Shown one piece after another: positions 1 to 11,345 of a DNA stretch of 64,000 bases. The stretch spans positions 128,001 through 192,000 of the forward strand of contig CBDAOY010000008.1 of NCBI GenBank assembly GCA_965198225.1. The letters are read 5' to 3'. The stretch comes from Terriglobia bacterium. GTDB taxonomy: Bacteria > Acidobacteriota > Terriglobia > 20CM-2-55-15. The notes beneath the pieces were generated by a model. It saw only the letters and a program-made list of their open reading frames with translations, was not told the DNA's origin and did not search any database. The position numbers were made by a program, and so were the translations under genes. Position 1 is the stretch's first letter; each line of letters begins with the position of its first letter.

Positions 1-506
1 GGACGAATGGCATTACGAAGCTCTTCTTCTGGAGTCGTTAGGCCGGAAAGCATCTGCACTACGCTGAGTCCAGTAAGAGTCCTGTGTGAGGCAAAATGCT
101 TGACGGGCGAGGCGTCGGCTTGAAACGAGCGTAAATACAAGACCCCAGAGTTAGTAGTGCCTGAGCGTAGAGCTTCCAACGCAGCGTGTTGCCGGTGGCG
201 CCACAGCAGAAAACTCCCGACCAGGAACGTCAACAAAGAGAAGGCCATCAATTCAAGCTGGACCTGTGGGGCCCACGGTACCAATCGAATCCTGGGTGTG
301 ATCCACCGCCCGAACTGAACAAGCCCACTCAGGGCGAGCAAGACAATCGCGATTGCTCTTGTGACAGGATTCGCTAGAAAGCCTAAGGGCCGGTCCGACG
401 GTTCAAGATACGACTCCTCCATCTGCCCAGAAAAATCGTATCCACAATCGCATCGGAGGGCGGCGTCGGGGTTGATGAGACCACATTGTGGGCAATCCAT
501 GGGCAT
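1..506 (-). CDS. Membrane protein with N-terminal Zn-ribbon (partial; runs off the left edge)
   Basis: Manual translation gives MPMDCPQCGLINPDAALRCDCGYDF..., two hydrophobic segments, then VLYLRSFQAD...TPEEELRNAIR. The frame is open to position 1 and has a GGGAGAG RBS upstream. It is absent from the ORF track because there is no stop in the window. Confidence 0.7.
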   Translation of the reverse strand, partial: MPMDCPQCGLINPDAALRCDCGYDFSGQMEESYLEPSDRPLGFLANPVTRAIAIVLLALSGLVQFGRWITPRIRLVPWAPQVQLELMAFSLLTFLVGSFLLWRHRQHAALEALRSGTTNSGVLYLRSFQADASPVKHFASHRTLTGLSVVQMLSGLTTPEEELRNAIR

Positions 507-591
507 GGTTGCTCTCCCAATTGACAGCCTCAGTGCCACGGAGACAAACAGGCAGTTTCGGACACGATGGCACGTTGGCATAGTGCTCAAC

Positions 592-3225
592 CTATGGCAC
601 CGGCACCCGTTCCTTCAGTTCTTCAAACCAGTTGAGGACTATGTTGATTTGGGGTTCATCCGTTTCCGGCTGTTCCGCTGGAAAGACCATCAGGAATTGT
701 TTGCCATCAGGCGTGATGTCGTAGTTTCTATAAGTGCCAACTACGAGAAACCCTTGTATTGGAAGTGGCTGCTCATTTCCAAATCCAAAAGCACCATCGG
801 TTGAAACGGCCACGCCCGTTATTCCTACCCTCCGCCTGCTCGCGCCAGCGGCCCGGTAGAACAGCTCGCTTCCGTCCGGCGACCACAGTGGGAATAAACC
901 TATATCCTGCGTAATCTGATGCCTTGCCGTTGTCGCGGGAAACGGCTGTACGAAAACCTGCCGAGATTGCCCCCCTTCACTCGAATAGTAGGCAAGCCAC
1001 TTCCCATCCGGTGAGAATAAGGAACCAAGCTCGATGGATTGTGGTAGGTCATAAAAGACTTCTGGGGTGGACCCACCATCAAGCGATAGCGTCCATATAC
1101 CGTAATCTCCGTCACGTTGTACGGCGAATGAAAGAACGTTCCCATCGGGGGACCATGATTCCGGTAAATGGCTGGTTCCTTCTTCGGCGGTAGTCAGCCG
1201 TTCGGCGCCCCCGCTTCCATCTGCTGGTTGCCACCAAATGCTCGTGCTTCCATCTCTGTCTGAAGCGAACGTAATACGTTTACTATCAGGCGTCCATATG
1301 GGTCGGCTGTTGTTGCCTTCTTGCGTTAGCTGCCGAATCGACGTGTCACCAGACACATCGTAAACCCAGATGTCGTTTTGCCCATCGTCTTCAAGTGTTT
1401 GGACCGCAAGCTGCATCCCACCCGGCGACAGGCGGGGACTCAAATACGGGGCGGGCCGCACGTTGAGGCGTTCCACCTCGCCGCTACGGTCTACGAGGGC
1501 AAGAATACGGTCGGTGGTGCCCAAGACAGAACCCACAACATAAACAAGCGAGCCACGGTCGGAAAAACCATAATTCGCAGTGCCCGTGACAGCGGTCCGC
1601 CGAACACCTTCAACAATTGGAACTGGTCCGCCCAACACTTCAAGACTGCCCACGTCAAACGGGGCAGCAAGAAGTACGTCTGCTAACGCATAAACGAGGT
1701 GGCTGGTCGCCACATAACGAGCATCGCTGCCACCTTCGATCAGCGTCCTACGCTTGCCCGTGTCCAGCGACTGCACGACAATGTGGGCCTCGTCCCACCG
1801 GGTTCCACCGCTCGTGGTTGCCAGCGTAAACAGCACCGATTCCCCATCTGGCAACATCTGGGGACCCTGAACTTGCTCCGGCGGCTCGGTTTCAACCAGC
1901 AATTCTGGCGTGCCTCCGTTGGCGGAAACACGCGTGATGCCTTCGGGCTGGCCAAACAGAATGGTGTCATCTTCGCCCCAACTCGGACCGAAGGTAGGAC
2001 CAGAGATATCGCACAGGACGACTGGCGCTCCGCCGCTGATAGAAATCCTCTTCAACTGTTGGTCGGTAACAGACCCGTAACCAACCCATTGTCCGTCCGG
2101 AGAGAAGAACGGCTCGGCTGGGTCGTCATCGGTTCCCGGAATGGGATGCGCCTCCAACTCACCCATCGAGCGGGAATAGAGTTGTCCGTTTGCGACATAA
2201 ACGAATTGACTACCGTCGGGCGACACGGCGAGAAGAGAAGCGGCTGTGCGTGTGAATCGTTGGTCCTCGGGCAGGTCGTAATCAAAGCGGGTGATGATAC
2301 GGGGTTCGGATGGCTTCACATTCCAGACTGCTACACCAACGATGATCGCGCTGATAACGGCGGTAGCTGCGATCCATCGGAGCATCGGTCGTGGCGGTGC
2401 CTGAATAACATCGGCGCCGGGCTGCACAAACAGGCCATCTGGGTCTGACAGCAACTGCTCCACCTCGACCCGCACATCCCCGACAGCCTGCCAGCGGTTC
2501 TTGGGCTCCTTTTCCAGACACCTACGTAACAATTCCTGAATCCGGGGATTGATATTGACCGGCAGGAGCGTGAAGTCGGCGTCCTTTGCAACCGCGGCAG
2601 CGATCATGTCCGTTACCGTCGGTCCTGCCCATGTCTGGCGTCCCGTCAGCATCTCGTACAGGACACACCCAAAGGCCCATACATCGGCCCTCTTATCGAC
2701 TTCCTGCCCTCGGGCCTACTCAGGGCTCATGTACGCCGCTGTTCCGAGGATCATTCCCTGCTGAGTTGCCGCCATGCTCAAGGTCGGTGACTGCGAAAGA
2801 TTCACATCCGACCCATCCCCCGCAAACGCCTTCGCCAGACCAAAATCGAGAACCTTCACCTTGCCATCCGGCGTGACCTTGATGTTTGCGGGCTTCAGAT
2901 CACGATGGATGACACCTTTTTCATGCGCAGCTTCGAGGGCCTCGGCGATCTGGAGGGCGAGCTTGAGGGACTCCTCTACCGTGATAGCACCCCTCTTCAA
3001 CCGATCCGCCAACGTGTCGCCTTCCACGAGTTCAAGGACGAGGAAGCGTGTGCCGTTATCTTCTTCCAGCCCGTAGATGGCGGCGATGTTCGGATGGTTC
3101 AGTGATGCCAGCAGCTTCGCTTCACGCCCGAGCTTGGTGTCCCGCGCACGCCAGACTTCTCCCATTCCGCCGTTGCCGAGCGGGGAGAGGATCTCGTAGC
3201 TGCCGAGTTGGGTGCCGGGGTTCAT
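592..3225 (-). pseudogene. Ser/Thr protein kinase + TM + PD40/TolB-like beta-propellers, inactivated
   Basis: HRDLKPANI, DFG and YMSPE motifs are present. An in-frame TAG at 2716-2718 replaces the Gln of the intact paralog, and the VAIK...FERE segment (23 aa) is missing. ORF 592..2652 continues in the same frame and ends NWFEELKERVPVP. Confidence 0.88.
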
Positions 3226-5404
3226 TGGTTTTCTTCGATCAGCGCCTTCCAGTTTCTTATTACTTTGATCGAACGAGGTTCAGCGGTCAGGTCGATGGCA
3301 TTGAAGATGAATCGTTCACCGTTGTCCAAGACCGCAAACTGTCGCCGGACCTCGTCCGTAACCTGTGGGGAGTCGAACAACTTTGTAGAAACGAAATCGA
3401 TATCCGTGGTCGTCTGCCGGACCGCTGCAACCATGAAACGATTGTCGGGACCGAGGTAATAGAGTTCTTGGCCATCTGGACGCCACAGCGGATGCTCACC
3501 CAACCCAACGACATGCTTGTTCCCGGGTCGAGGAAACGAATCCACGTAGACCGCGAACTCTCCGCCTTCGTCCGACGCATATGCCAGCCATTCTCCATTT
3601 GGAGACACACTGGCTTGCTGCTCTCTGAACGCAGAGCTGGCGTACGGCTCTTCTTGCCCATCTGCGAGTGAAACTATCGTGAGGTCCACTTTCGTTTCAA
3701 GACCGGCTCGACTCAAAACAAGCGTGTTGCCGTGAGGTGACCAATCCCACGCAATTGAGCTTCTCTCAAGGGGCGAACTCGACTCACTCGCGCCTATCGC
3801 CTGAACGTGAACGCCCAACCCGTCGTCTACGAACAGCAACTCGCTCCCTTCAGGTGAGAACATGGGGTGGCTCGTCCACCCATTGCCAAATGTAAACTGC
3901 CTAACGAGCGTTGTCGCCAGATTCATCAGGTAAATATTCACCGAGTTCGTACCCGGGTCCCAGCGCTCCAACGCGGCTGTGCTCCCGTCCGGGCTGACCA
4001 CGAATCCGAACGTCACCGCAGGCGTTCCAATCGAGCCTATTGATCGTCCAGCGCGGTCGTAGGCCAGCAAATGACTTTCCGGGAGCGAGCCTCCACCCGA
4101 GTACACCAGCACGTCGTCTGAAACCGAGAAGGCACTGGTCGAAAGCTCTCCGAAAGACAGTCCGAGGCCATCCGCAACATGGATTGGCTCCCCGGACAGT
4201 TCCAGCAAATCCGGGTCGAATCTCTGAGCGAAGAGCGTTCCCTGTTGGCCGAAGAATAGATAGCCATTGGCGTATTCGACCCGGGAAGCAAACTCGCCAA
4301 TTCCTGTCACCTCGGATGAATCGAGAGAGCCGGCAGACACTCTGTAGCTGCTGCTAGCCGCATCCTGCTCGAAGAACAGAAACCGCCGCCCTTCCGGAAG
4401 GAAGTGCGGGTGCATTATCAAAATGTCTTCATCCGGTAGGAGCACCGGGTTCATCTGCCCGTTGGATACCGAAGCTGGGATTGTTTGCAGCCCTACTACT
4501 TGCCGGGCGGGAGCGAGTAGTATGACACCGTCGGAATTCCAGTCCGCACCCCGTGGGTTCTCGACTTCTGTCAAAACCTGAGGGGTTCCTTCACGGTCGA
4601 GGTCCATTCGCTTCAGTGAGGGGTCGAGTTGAGGCGCGAAGAAACCGACCGACCGTCGCTGGAAAAGAACGGGAGATACGCTTCCTCAGTCCCCGGCAAC
4701 TCTCGTTGGCTTGGGGAATCGAAAGACTGCTCCCAAAGTGTGATCACTCCAGAGTCGTTGCGGGCACGAAAAATGATCGACTGCCCATCCGGCGAGACAA
4801 TCGGTTCGGGCGCAACCCCCGAAGTACTGTTCGGCGGCAGGATGGTGAGCCACTCTACAGATGGGGATGCCGCTGGGAGGAAAACCCACATTGTGGCGGA
4901 CCCAGCGAGAAAGATGGAAAGACATGCAACAGCGGTAACCCATGCCTTTTGGGGCCTCTGAGCCCGATCCGATTTTCCCTGAATCGCGTCACGTTCCCCT
5001 CCCAGACTGATCTCTTTCAGATGGAAAACGAGATCGCTCGCGCTGTGCCAGCGATCATCTGGAGTCTTCGACAGACAATGCGATAGTGTGCTCCCCAAAG
5101 CAGGTGGAGATACCGGCTGTAGCTCCGTGATCTGCTGGGGCTCGGAGTTCATGATCGCTCCGATCAGACTCGCCTGACTCGCCCCCTCAAACGCCTTCTT
5201 CCCAGTCACCACCTCGTACACCACCGCACCGAACGCGAAGATGTCGGTTCGGGCGCCGGCCTCCTTGCCCTCCAACTGCTCGGGAGCCATGTACTGGAGC
5301 GTGCCGATGATGGTCCCTTCGGCTGTGAGGGGCGCTGAGGCGTCCTGAGTGGGCATTTGGGACAGGGGCGATACTGCACCAGCATCGCCCTTCAACTTCG
5401 CCAA
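3222..5404 (-). pseudogene. 5'-truncated, frameshifted Ser/Thr kinase + PD40 propeller
   Basis: Begins at LAKL (just after DFG) and contains GTLQYMAPEQ, DIFAFG and a TM helix. It is frameshifted near 4645-4655 in a GGTC repeat. Propeller repeats (SPDG) continue to the NWKALIEENQ stop, which overlaps the next ATG. Confidence 0.85.
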
Positions 5405-7391
5405 CCAGGCGAGTTTGATCGGGGCGATCATGAATCATCAGCCCTCGCCAGTCGCCGAGGTTCAGCCGGTTTCGCCACCCTTGCTAGATCACGTCATCAA
5501 CGCATGCCTCGCCAAGAATCCTGAAGATCGGTGTCAAACCGCGATGGACCTGATGCGGGAGTTGAAATGGGTCGTCTCGATGCCGGTCTCTGACTCAGTC
5601 GAGGATGTCTCAATGGAGCAAGTGTCGGCGTCGTGGCGGTTCTTGCCGTGGGCGGTCACGGCACTCATGCTCGCAATCGCAGCGGCGGCTAGCTGGAACT
5701 TGTGGCGTGTTGAGAGCGGTCCTGGAAGGGCTGTCGCCCGCCTCGTTATCACGCTACCCGATGGCCAACGTTTCACGGGCGCGGGTGAGTCCTTTGCTCC
5801 GCCCGTCGCCGTATCCCCAGACAGGACTCAGATCGTCTATGCAGCAACCGAGGGGGGCTTGCCCCAACTGTATCGCCGCAGCCTGGATGAGTTCGACACC
5901 GTCGCGCTCCCCGGAACGGAGGGTGCAACGTCGCCCGTGTATTCGCCGGATGGGCGCTGGATTGCGTTTCATGCGAATGGCCGTTTGCAAAGAGTCCCAT
6001 TGGAAGGCGGTCCTCCAGTGACCATCTGTGAAGCTCCGAACTTCAGAGGGACGGGCATGGATTGGACCGCAAACGGCGAGATCCTGTTCACCGCAAGCGG
6101 GCTTGGCTCGGGCCTCTTCCGGGTGCCCGCGTCGGGGGGAACACCGGAACCGCTTACGACGCTGGATGTCGAGCGGGGCGAGTACGCTCATTCCTGGCCA
6201 CAGTTGCTACCGGATGGCCGGCACGTCCTCTTTTCGGTGTGGAAGGCGGGAGAACGGGCAGCGATCCTATCTTTGGACACACTCGAATGGCACGAAATCC
6301 TGCCCGACGCCGGTGGCGCTCGCTTCATTCCGACGGGCCACATCGTCTACAGAACTCCGCTTGGTTCCGTGGAGGCGCGGGCGTTTGACGCGGACACGCT
6401 CAATATCGTCGGCGATTCGGTCCCGCTGGCGGACCGTATCGACGTCATCCCCCGCGCGGGTAGTTTCAGTGCGTCGGTATCGGCGAGTGGTGTGCTTGTC
6501 TACGTTCCGGTCGATCCACGCGAGCGGACGCTCGTCTGGGTCAATCGCCAGGGGCAGTCATCGGAGGTCACCGGCGACCGTGGATCGTATGAGTTTCCTC
6601 GGGTATCGCCTGATGGGACCCGCGTATCGTTCCAGGAGGGAGAGGGAGGGATACTGTCCCCGTGGGTTATCGACCTCGAACGTGGAACGCGGACCAGGAT
6701 CACGACGGCTGAGGGATTCAACAACAAACCCGAGTGGACCCCTGACGGCACCCAAATCTCGTTTGCGAATAACAGGACGGGTCCGTGGAATCTGTATTCA
6801 AAACTGGTTGATGGAGACGCGCCAGCCACGCCGATGCTGCCGAGCGACGGCACCAACTTCCCTTATGCGTGGTCCCCAAACGGTCAATTGCTGGCGTTTT
6901 CAGACTACACCCCAGAAACCGCCGGGGACATCTGGATCATACCGACGGGCGGCGATGCCGAGCCGTTCATTGCGACTCGGTTCGAAGAAGGCTGGGCGCG
7001 GTTCTCTCGCGATGGTCGCTTCATCGCGTACGCTTCAAATGAATCGGGGCGTTTCGAGGTTTACGTACAGCCCTATCCGGTCGGTCAGCGTGTGACCATC
7101 TCAACAGAAGGTGGGGTGGAGCCGGTATGGTCGCCTGACGGTCGCGAGTTGTTCTACCGACAGGGTGACACAATGATGATTGTCGATGTGAGTACGGCTG
7201 CCGAGTTCCAAGCAGGGCGGCCGCGCGAGCTGTTCGTGGGACGGTATGAGGTTGACATCTGGACTAACTACGACATCTCGGCTGATGGAGAGCGTTTTCT
7301 GATGGTGCGCCCTGATCCGAACGCTCCGCGAGAACTGAGAGTAGTTCTGAATTGGTTCCAAGAGTTGCGCGAGCGCGTGCCCGTGGACTGA
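5403..7391 (+). pseudogene. 5'-truncated Ser/Thr kinase + TM + PD40 propeller
   Basis: Starts at QASLIGAIMN (late kinase C-lobe), then CLAKNPEDR, a TM helix, many WSPDG repeats and NWFQELRERVPVD. No kinase N-lobe or catalytic loop is present. Confidence 0.85.
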
Positions 7392-7435
7392 ATCTTTCGT
7401 CCACGCGGCGCGCTTCGCTGGCTCCGCGAAACGCT

Positions 7436-7537
7436 ATGAACATCAAGGTCCTAGATGTCGGGAAGCTCTTCATGAGTGAGGACGTTTTTCGATCCTGGTT
7501 CGATGAACTGAACCGTCTTGCCCCGAAGGGCAGATGA
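7436..7537 (+). pseudogene. Collapsed remnant of a kinase-propeller gene
   Basis: MNIKVLDVG resembles NIKV..KVLDFG, and SWFDELNRLAPKGR* resembles the family C-terminal tail. Confidence 0.5.
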
Positions 7538-7541
7538 AACC

Positions 7542-10223
7542 ATGACCCCCGGCACCCAACTCGGCAGCTACGAGATCCTCTCCCCGCTCGGCAAGGGCGG
7601 CATGGGCGAGGTGTGGCGTGCGCGGGATCAGAAACTCGGTCGCGAAGTTGCCATCAAGACCCTACCCGAAGAGTTCGCGCAGGACGAAGAACGTCTCGCC
7701 CGGTTTGAGCGCGAAGCCAAGCTGCTGGCCTCGTTGAACCATCCCAACATCGCGACGATTCACGGTCTCGAAGAACACGACGGTATGCGGTTCCTCGTCT
7801 TGGAGTTGGTCGAGGGCGATACGCTCGCGGACCGGCTGAAGCGCGGCGCGATCCCGGTTGAAGAATCCCTCAAGTTCGCCCTCCAGATCGCCGAGGCCCT
7901 CGAAGCCGCGCACGAGAAGGGTGTTATTCACCGCGACCTGAAACCCGCCAACATCAAGGTCACGCCTGACGGCAAGGTCAAGGTGCTCGATTTTGGGTTG
8001 GCGAAGGCGTTTGCCGGTGATGGGAGTGAGCCGAACCTGTCGCAGTCACCTACGCTTAGTTTGGCGGCGACGCAGCAGGGTGTGATTCTCGGTACCGCAG
8101 CCTACATGTCGCCCGAGCAAGCACGGGGTGTGACAGTAGACAAGCGAGCCGATATATGGGCTCTTGGCTGCGTCCTGTACGAAATGTTGACGGGAAAGCA
8201 GGTGTTCCAGGGCGAGTTGATGTCCGACGTGATGGCATCGGTGTTGAAGTCCGAGCCCGACTACAAAGGTTTGCCGCCGACTATCCACCCGAAGCTGCGA
8301 GAGCTCTTGCGTCGATGTCTGGAGAAGGAACCGAAGCAAAGATGGCACGATATCGGCGATGTACGGGTCGAGTTGGAGCAAGTCTTGGCCGACCCGAGCG
8401 GGACTCTGATACAGCCGGCTGGGTACCTTGGTCAGGTTCCAGCCAGAACGTCGCTGGTGTGGATCGCGGCAAGTGTACTTGTCAGTGTCGTTGTTGGTGG
8501 AATCGCGGTCTGGAATCTCAAGCCCTCGGATCCTCGGTCGGCGTGGCGGTTTACTCATAACCTACCGAAAGACCAGACGTTCACAAGTCGAGGACGTCCA
8601 GTCGTGGCCAGCTCACCCGACGGAACCAAATTCGTATATCTCGCAAATAATCAACTGTACGTGCGGTCCATGAATGACCTTACGGCTGTTCCCATTCAGG
8701 GAACTGAAGACAACATCTCTAGCCCATTCTTTTCCCGTGACGGGCAATGGATCGGCTATTGGTCTCGGGTAGACGGACAACTCAAGAAGATTCCAGTGAC
8801 TGGAGGTACCCCGATACCTTTATGTGATGCTGCGAATCCCTTCGGTGCGAGCTGGGGAGAGGACGACAACATCGTGTTTGGTCAAGACGTTGGGATCATG
8901 CGTGTTTCCGCCAGCGGCCAGGAGCCAGAACTTCTGATTGCCACCGAGGACGGTGAACAAGCTCACGGTCCTCAGATCCTCCCTGACGGGAGTGTGTTGT
9001 TCACCCTCACGAAAGGGTCGGAAGACACTCGCTGGAACGACGCCCAAATCGTCGTGCAGTCACTGGAAACGGATGTGCGCAAAACCGTGTTTGAAGGGGG
9101 TAGTGACGCCCGGTACGTACCAACGGGCCACCTCGTTTACGCTTGGGAGAACATCCTGTTTGGCGCGGGTTTCGACGTGGCCAATCTCGAACTCGTGGGA
9201 GCGGCTGTTCCGATTGTTGAAGACCTGCGGCGTGCTGATGATCCATCAGGTAACACGGCGAGTGCGAATTATGGTTTCTCCGTAGACGGAACCCTGGTCT
9301 ACGCCGTCGGAGGGTTGGACGCTGCAGACTTAAAAAGACTAATCCTGATGGACCGTGATGGCACCGTCGAGAATCTGCCGGGGCCGCCCAAAGACTACAG
9401 TCGTCCGCGGTTTTCACCGAATGGGAATCAGATAGCAGTAGAAAGCGAGGAATCTGGGGAGGACAGTATCTGGGTTTACCCTTTGGCCGGTGACACCTCG
9501 ATCCGGAGACTGACATTGGAGGGTAACAATCGATACCCGGAATGGACTCCCGATGGTGAACGCATAACCTTCGAGTCAGATCGGGCAGAGCAGCCCAATA
9601 TCTTCTGGAAACGGGCCGACGGCACGGGTGTTGCCGAGCCTCTTACCGACAGAGAGGGTGGACAAGTACCAGAGTCGTGGTCTCCCGACGGGCAGCATCT
9701 GACTTTCCGGGAGCAGAGAGACATCTGGGTCAGGACAGGCGACGCCACGCCAGAGCCATTTGCCGTTATGGAAAGTACTCAAACTGCATCGAAGTTTTCG
9801 CCCGACGGTAAATGGGTGGCATACAGCTCCAACCACGACCAGGACATATTCAAGGTTTACGTAGAGCCCTTTCCCAAGACCGGGACGCAGTATCAGATTA
9901 CAAGCAAGCCGACCGGACCTCCCGTTTGGTCACCTGACGGGCGGGAACTGGTGTATGCGGACCCGACTCACACCCTCTGGTCGGTGCCAATCTCGACAGA
10001 ACCATCCTTTAGCTTCGGAAACGCGGCACCCCTGCCACAGCCCCCAGCCGGTACGCTCCTTTTTGTCAGTGGAGTAGAAAGAAACTATGACATCAGCCCG
10101 GACGGTGAGCAGTTCCTGTTCGCATCACCGGTCCAATCGGAATCAAGGGAAACTCCAAGCTTGCAGATCAACATCGTCCTGAACTGGTTCGAAGAACTGA
10201 AGGAACGGGTGCCGGTGCCATGA
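7542..10223 (+). CDS. Intact Hanks-type Ser/Thr kinase with TM helix and PD40/TolB-like beta-propeller ectodomain
   Basis: GKGGMG, VAIK, HRDLKPAN, DFG, YMSPE and DIWALG are all intact, followed by a TM helix and SPDG repeats. The ATG at 7542 (MTPGTQLGSY) matches the paralog start. Confidence 0.93.
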   Translation: MTPGTQLGSYEILSPLGKGGMGEVWRARDQKLGREVAIKTLPEEFAQDEERLARFEREAKLLASLNHPNIATIHGLEEHDGMRFLVLELVEGDTLADRLKRGAIPVEESLKFALQIAEALEAAHEKGVIHRDLKPANIKVTPDGKVKVLDFGLAKAFAGDGSEPNLSQSPTLSLAATQQGVILGTAAYMSPEQARGVTVDKRADIWALGCVLYEMLTGKQVFQGELMSDVMASVLKSEPDYKGLPPTIHPKLRELLRRCLEKEPKQRWHDIGDVRVELEQVLADPSGTLIQPAGYLGQVPARTSLVWIAASVLVSVVVGGIAVWNLKPSDPRSAWRFTHNLPKDQTFTSRGRPVVASSPDGTKFVYLANNQLYVRSMNDLTAVPIQGTEDNISSPFFSRDGQWIGYWSRVDGQLKKIPVTGGTPIPLCDAANPFGASWGEDDNIVFGQDVGIMRVSASGQEPELLIATEDGEQAHGPQILPDGSVLFTLTKGSEDTRWNDAQIVVQSLETDVRKTVFEGGSDARYVPTGHLVYAWENILFGAGFDVANLELVGAAVPIVEDLRRADDPSGNTASANYGFSVDGTLVYAVGGLDAADLKRLILMDRDGTVENLPGPPKDYSRPRFSPNGNQIAVESEESGEDSIWVYPLAGDTSIRRLTLEGNNRYPEWTPDGERITFESDRAEQPNIFWKRADGTGVAEPLTDREGGQVPESWSPDGQHLTFREQRDIWVRTGDATPEPFAVMESTQTASKFSPDGKWVAYSSNHDQDIFKVYVEPFPKTGTQYQITSKPTGPPVWSPDGRELVYADPTHTLWSVPISTEPSFSFGNAAPLPQPPAGTLLFVSGVERNYDISPDGEQFLFASPVQSESRETPSLQINIVLNWFEELKERVPVP

Positions 10224-10244
10224 ACGGTGCTGATGGTGCGTTGA

Positions 10245-10940
10245 ATGGATGACAAGAGACCACCTTATCGCGATCACGACTTTAACAAGATTCGTAACTG
10301 CACTTTTACCTACGAATGCACACTCGACTGGGATGACCTCCGTCGGACTGAAGATCAGCAACTTCGACACTGCGACAAGTGTGAAGAGTTCGTGTATCTG
10401 TGCGAGACCGACGAAGAGTTCATAGCCCACGTCAGTGAGGGTCATTGCGTAGCGAAACTTATGCCCAGGGGAATGAAGCCGGAGCATCGGCACACATTGG
10501 GAAGGGGTGATGAAGTTGGTGCGGCAAACGAGTTGTTCTTCATTCCGAAGGAGTTGGCCAAGGACGATGCGGTTAGGGGACTGAAGGCAGACCACAGCAG
10601 TTACTGTCTCGATTGCGGTTTTCCGCTCGCTGATGGAGCGAAATGCAACGTGTGTCCACCGTCGCTTGGACCTCGGCTTCAGCGGACTGATCCGTCTGAA
10701 GAGGCCATCGACGAGATCGATCAGGAAACAGAGCAACAGCGGCTTCAGGCACACAACGATGCGTGTCTTCGCATAGCAGAGCTGAAGCCGGCGTGTCCCT
10801 ACTGTGACTCGGCTGAGAACTTGGAGTTCTTCGACAAGAGTCCTGAAAGCAAGTGCTACTTCATCTGTCGAATCTGCGCGAGATCCTCTCGACCCGAGGA
10901 CTTTGTGGCAGACGGACCATCCGACTGGATACACAAGTAA
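10245..10940 (+). CDS. Cys-rich hypothetical protein with several CxxC Zn-ribbon-like motifs
   Basis: 231-aa ORF containing HCDKC, CLDC..CNVC and CPYC..CRIC; it follows the kinase gene directly. Confidence 0.7.
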   Translation: MDDKRPPYRDHDFNKIRNCTFTYECTLDWDDLRRTEDQQLRHCDKCEEFVYLCETDEEFIAHVSEGHCVAKLMPRGMKPEHRHTLGRGDEVGAANELFFIPKELAKDDAVRGLKADHSSYCLDCGFPLADGAKCNVCPPSLGPRLQRTDPSEEAIDEIDQETEQQRLQAHNDACLRIAELKPACPYCDSAENLEFFDKSPESKCYFICRICARSSRPEDFVADGPSDWIHK

Positions 10941-10941
10941 C

Positions 10942-11073
10942 GATGATCGGCCAGACCTTATCCCACTACAAAGTCCTCGAACAGATCGGGGGCGGCGGGA
11001 TGGGTGTGGTCTACCGTGCCGAAGACACGAAGCTGCATCGACAGGTGGCGTTGAAGTTCCTACCTCCCGACAT
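10942..11073 (+). pseudogene. Ser/Thr kinase N-terminal fragment cut by an IS6 remnant
   Basis: [42 protein letters not shown], then an abrupt switch to IS6 sequence. Confidence 0.8.
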
Positions 11074-11185
11074 GATCCAGACGGCGTGGCTGATGATCTC
11101 AGGTGGGAGTCGGTGCGTCTGGTAGCAGGAGCGTCGCGTTTTCATCCCTTCAGTCTGCACTCGGAAGACTTAACCTGGCAATTCC
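11074..11185 (-). mobile_element. IS6-family left-end remnant
   Basis: The minus strand reads GGAATTGCCAGGTTAA (IR-like) followed by [24 protein letters not shown], a typical IS6 transposase N-terminus. It resembles the copy at 13262. Confidence 0.75.
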
Positions 11186-11234
11186 GTCGGGACAATAGCC
11201 GGCACTCGTTGCGGCGCCATTGATTCAGAAAGAT

Positions 11235-11269
11235 ACAGCCCGTTTCGGAATGGTTCCGGAACGGGCTGT
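11235..11269 (-). terminator. Hairpin, probable intrinsic terminator of the secreted-protein gene
   Basis: Inverted repeat ACAGCCCGTTTCGGAA-tgg-TTCCGGAACGGGCTGT, followed on the minus strand by a T-rich stretch. Confidence 0.55.
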
Positions 11270-11345
11270 CCTGATCGCGAGAAAACCGAGCTAGTTTTGG
11301 CCGTCCTGGCCTACGACTCGTTTGTTGCGCTGCTTGACCGGCCGA

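Noticed and set aside
2716-2718. TAG read-through (pyrrolysine or recoding) in the kinase
   Set aside because: It is a single C-to-T change from Gln, the gene also lacks the catalytic Lys segment, and TAG is used as a normal stop elsewhere in the window.
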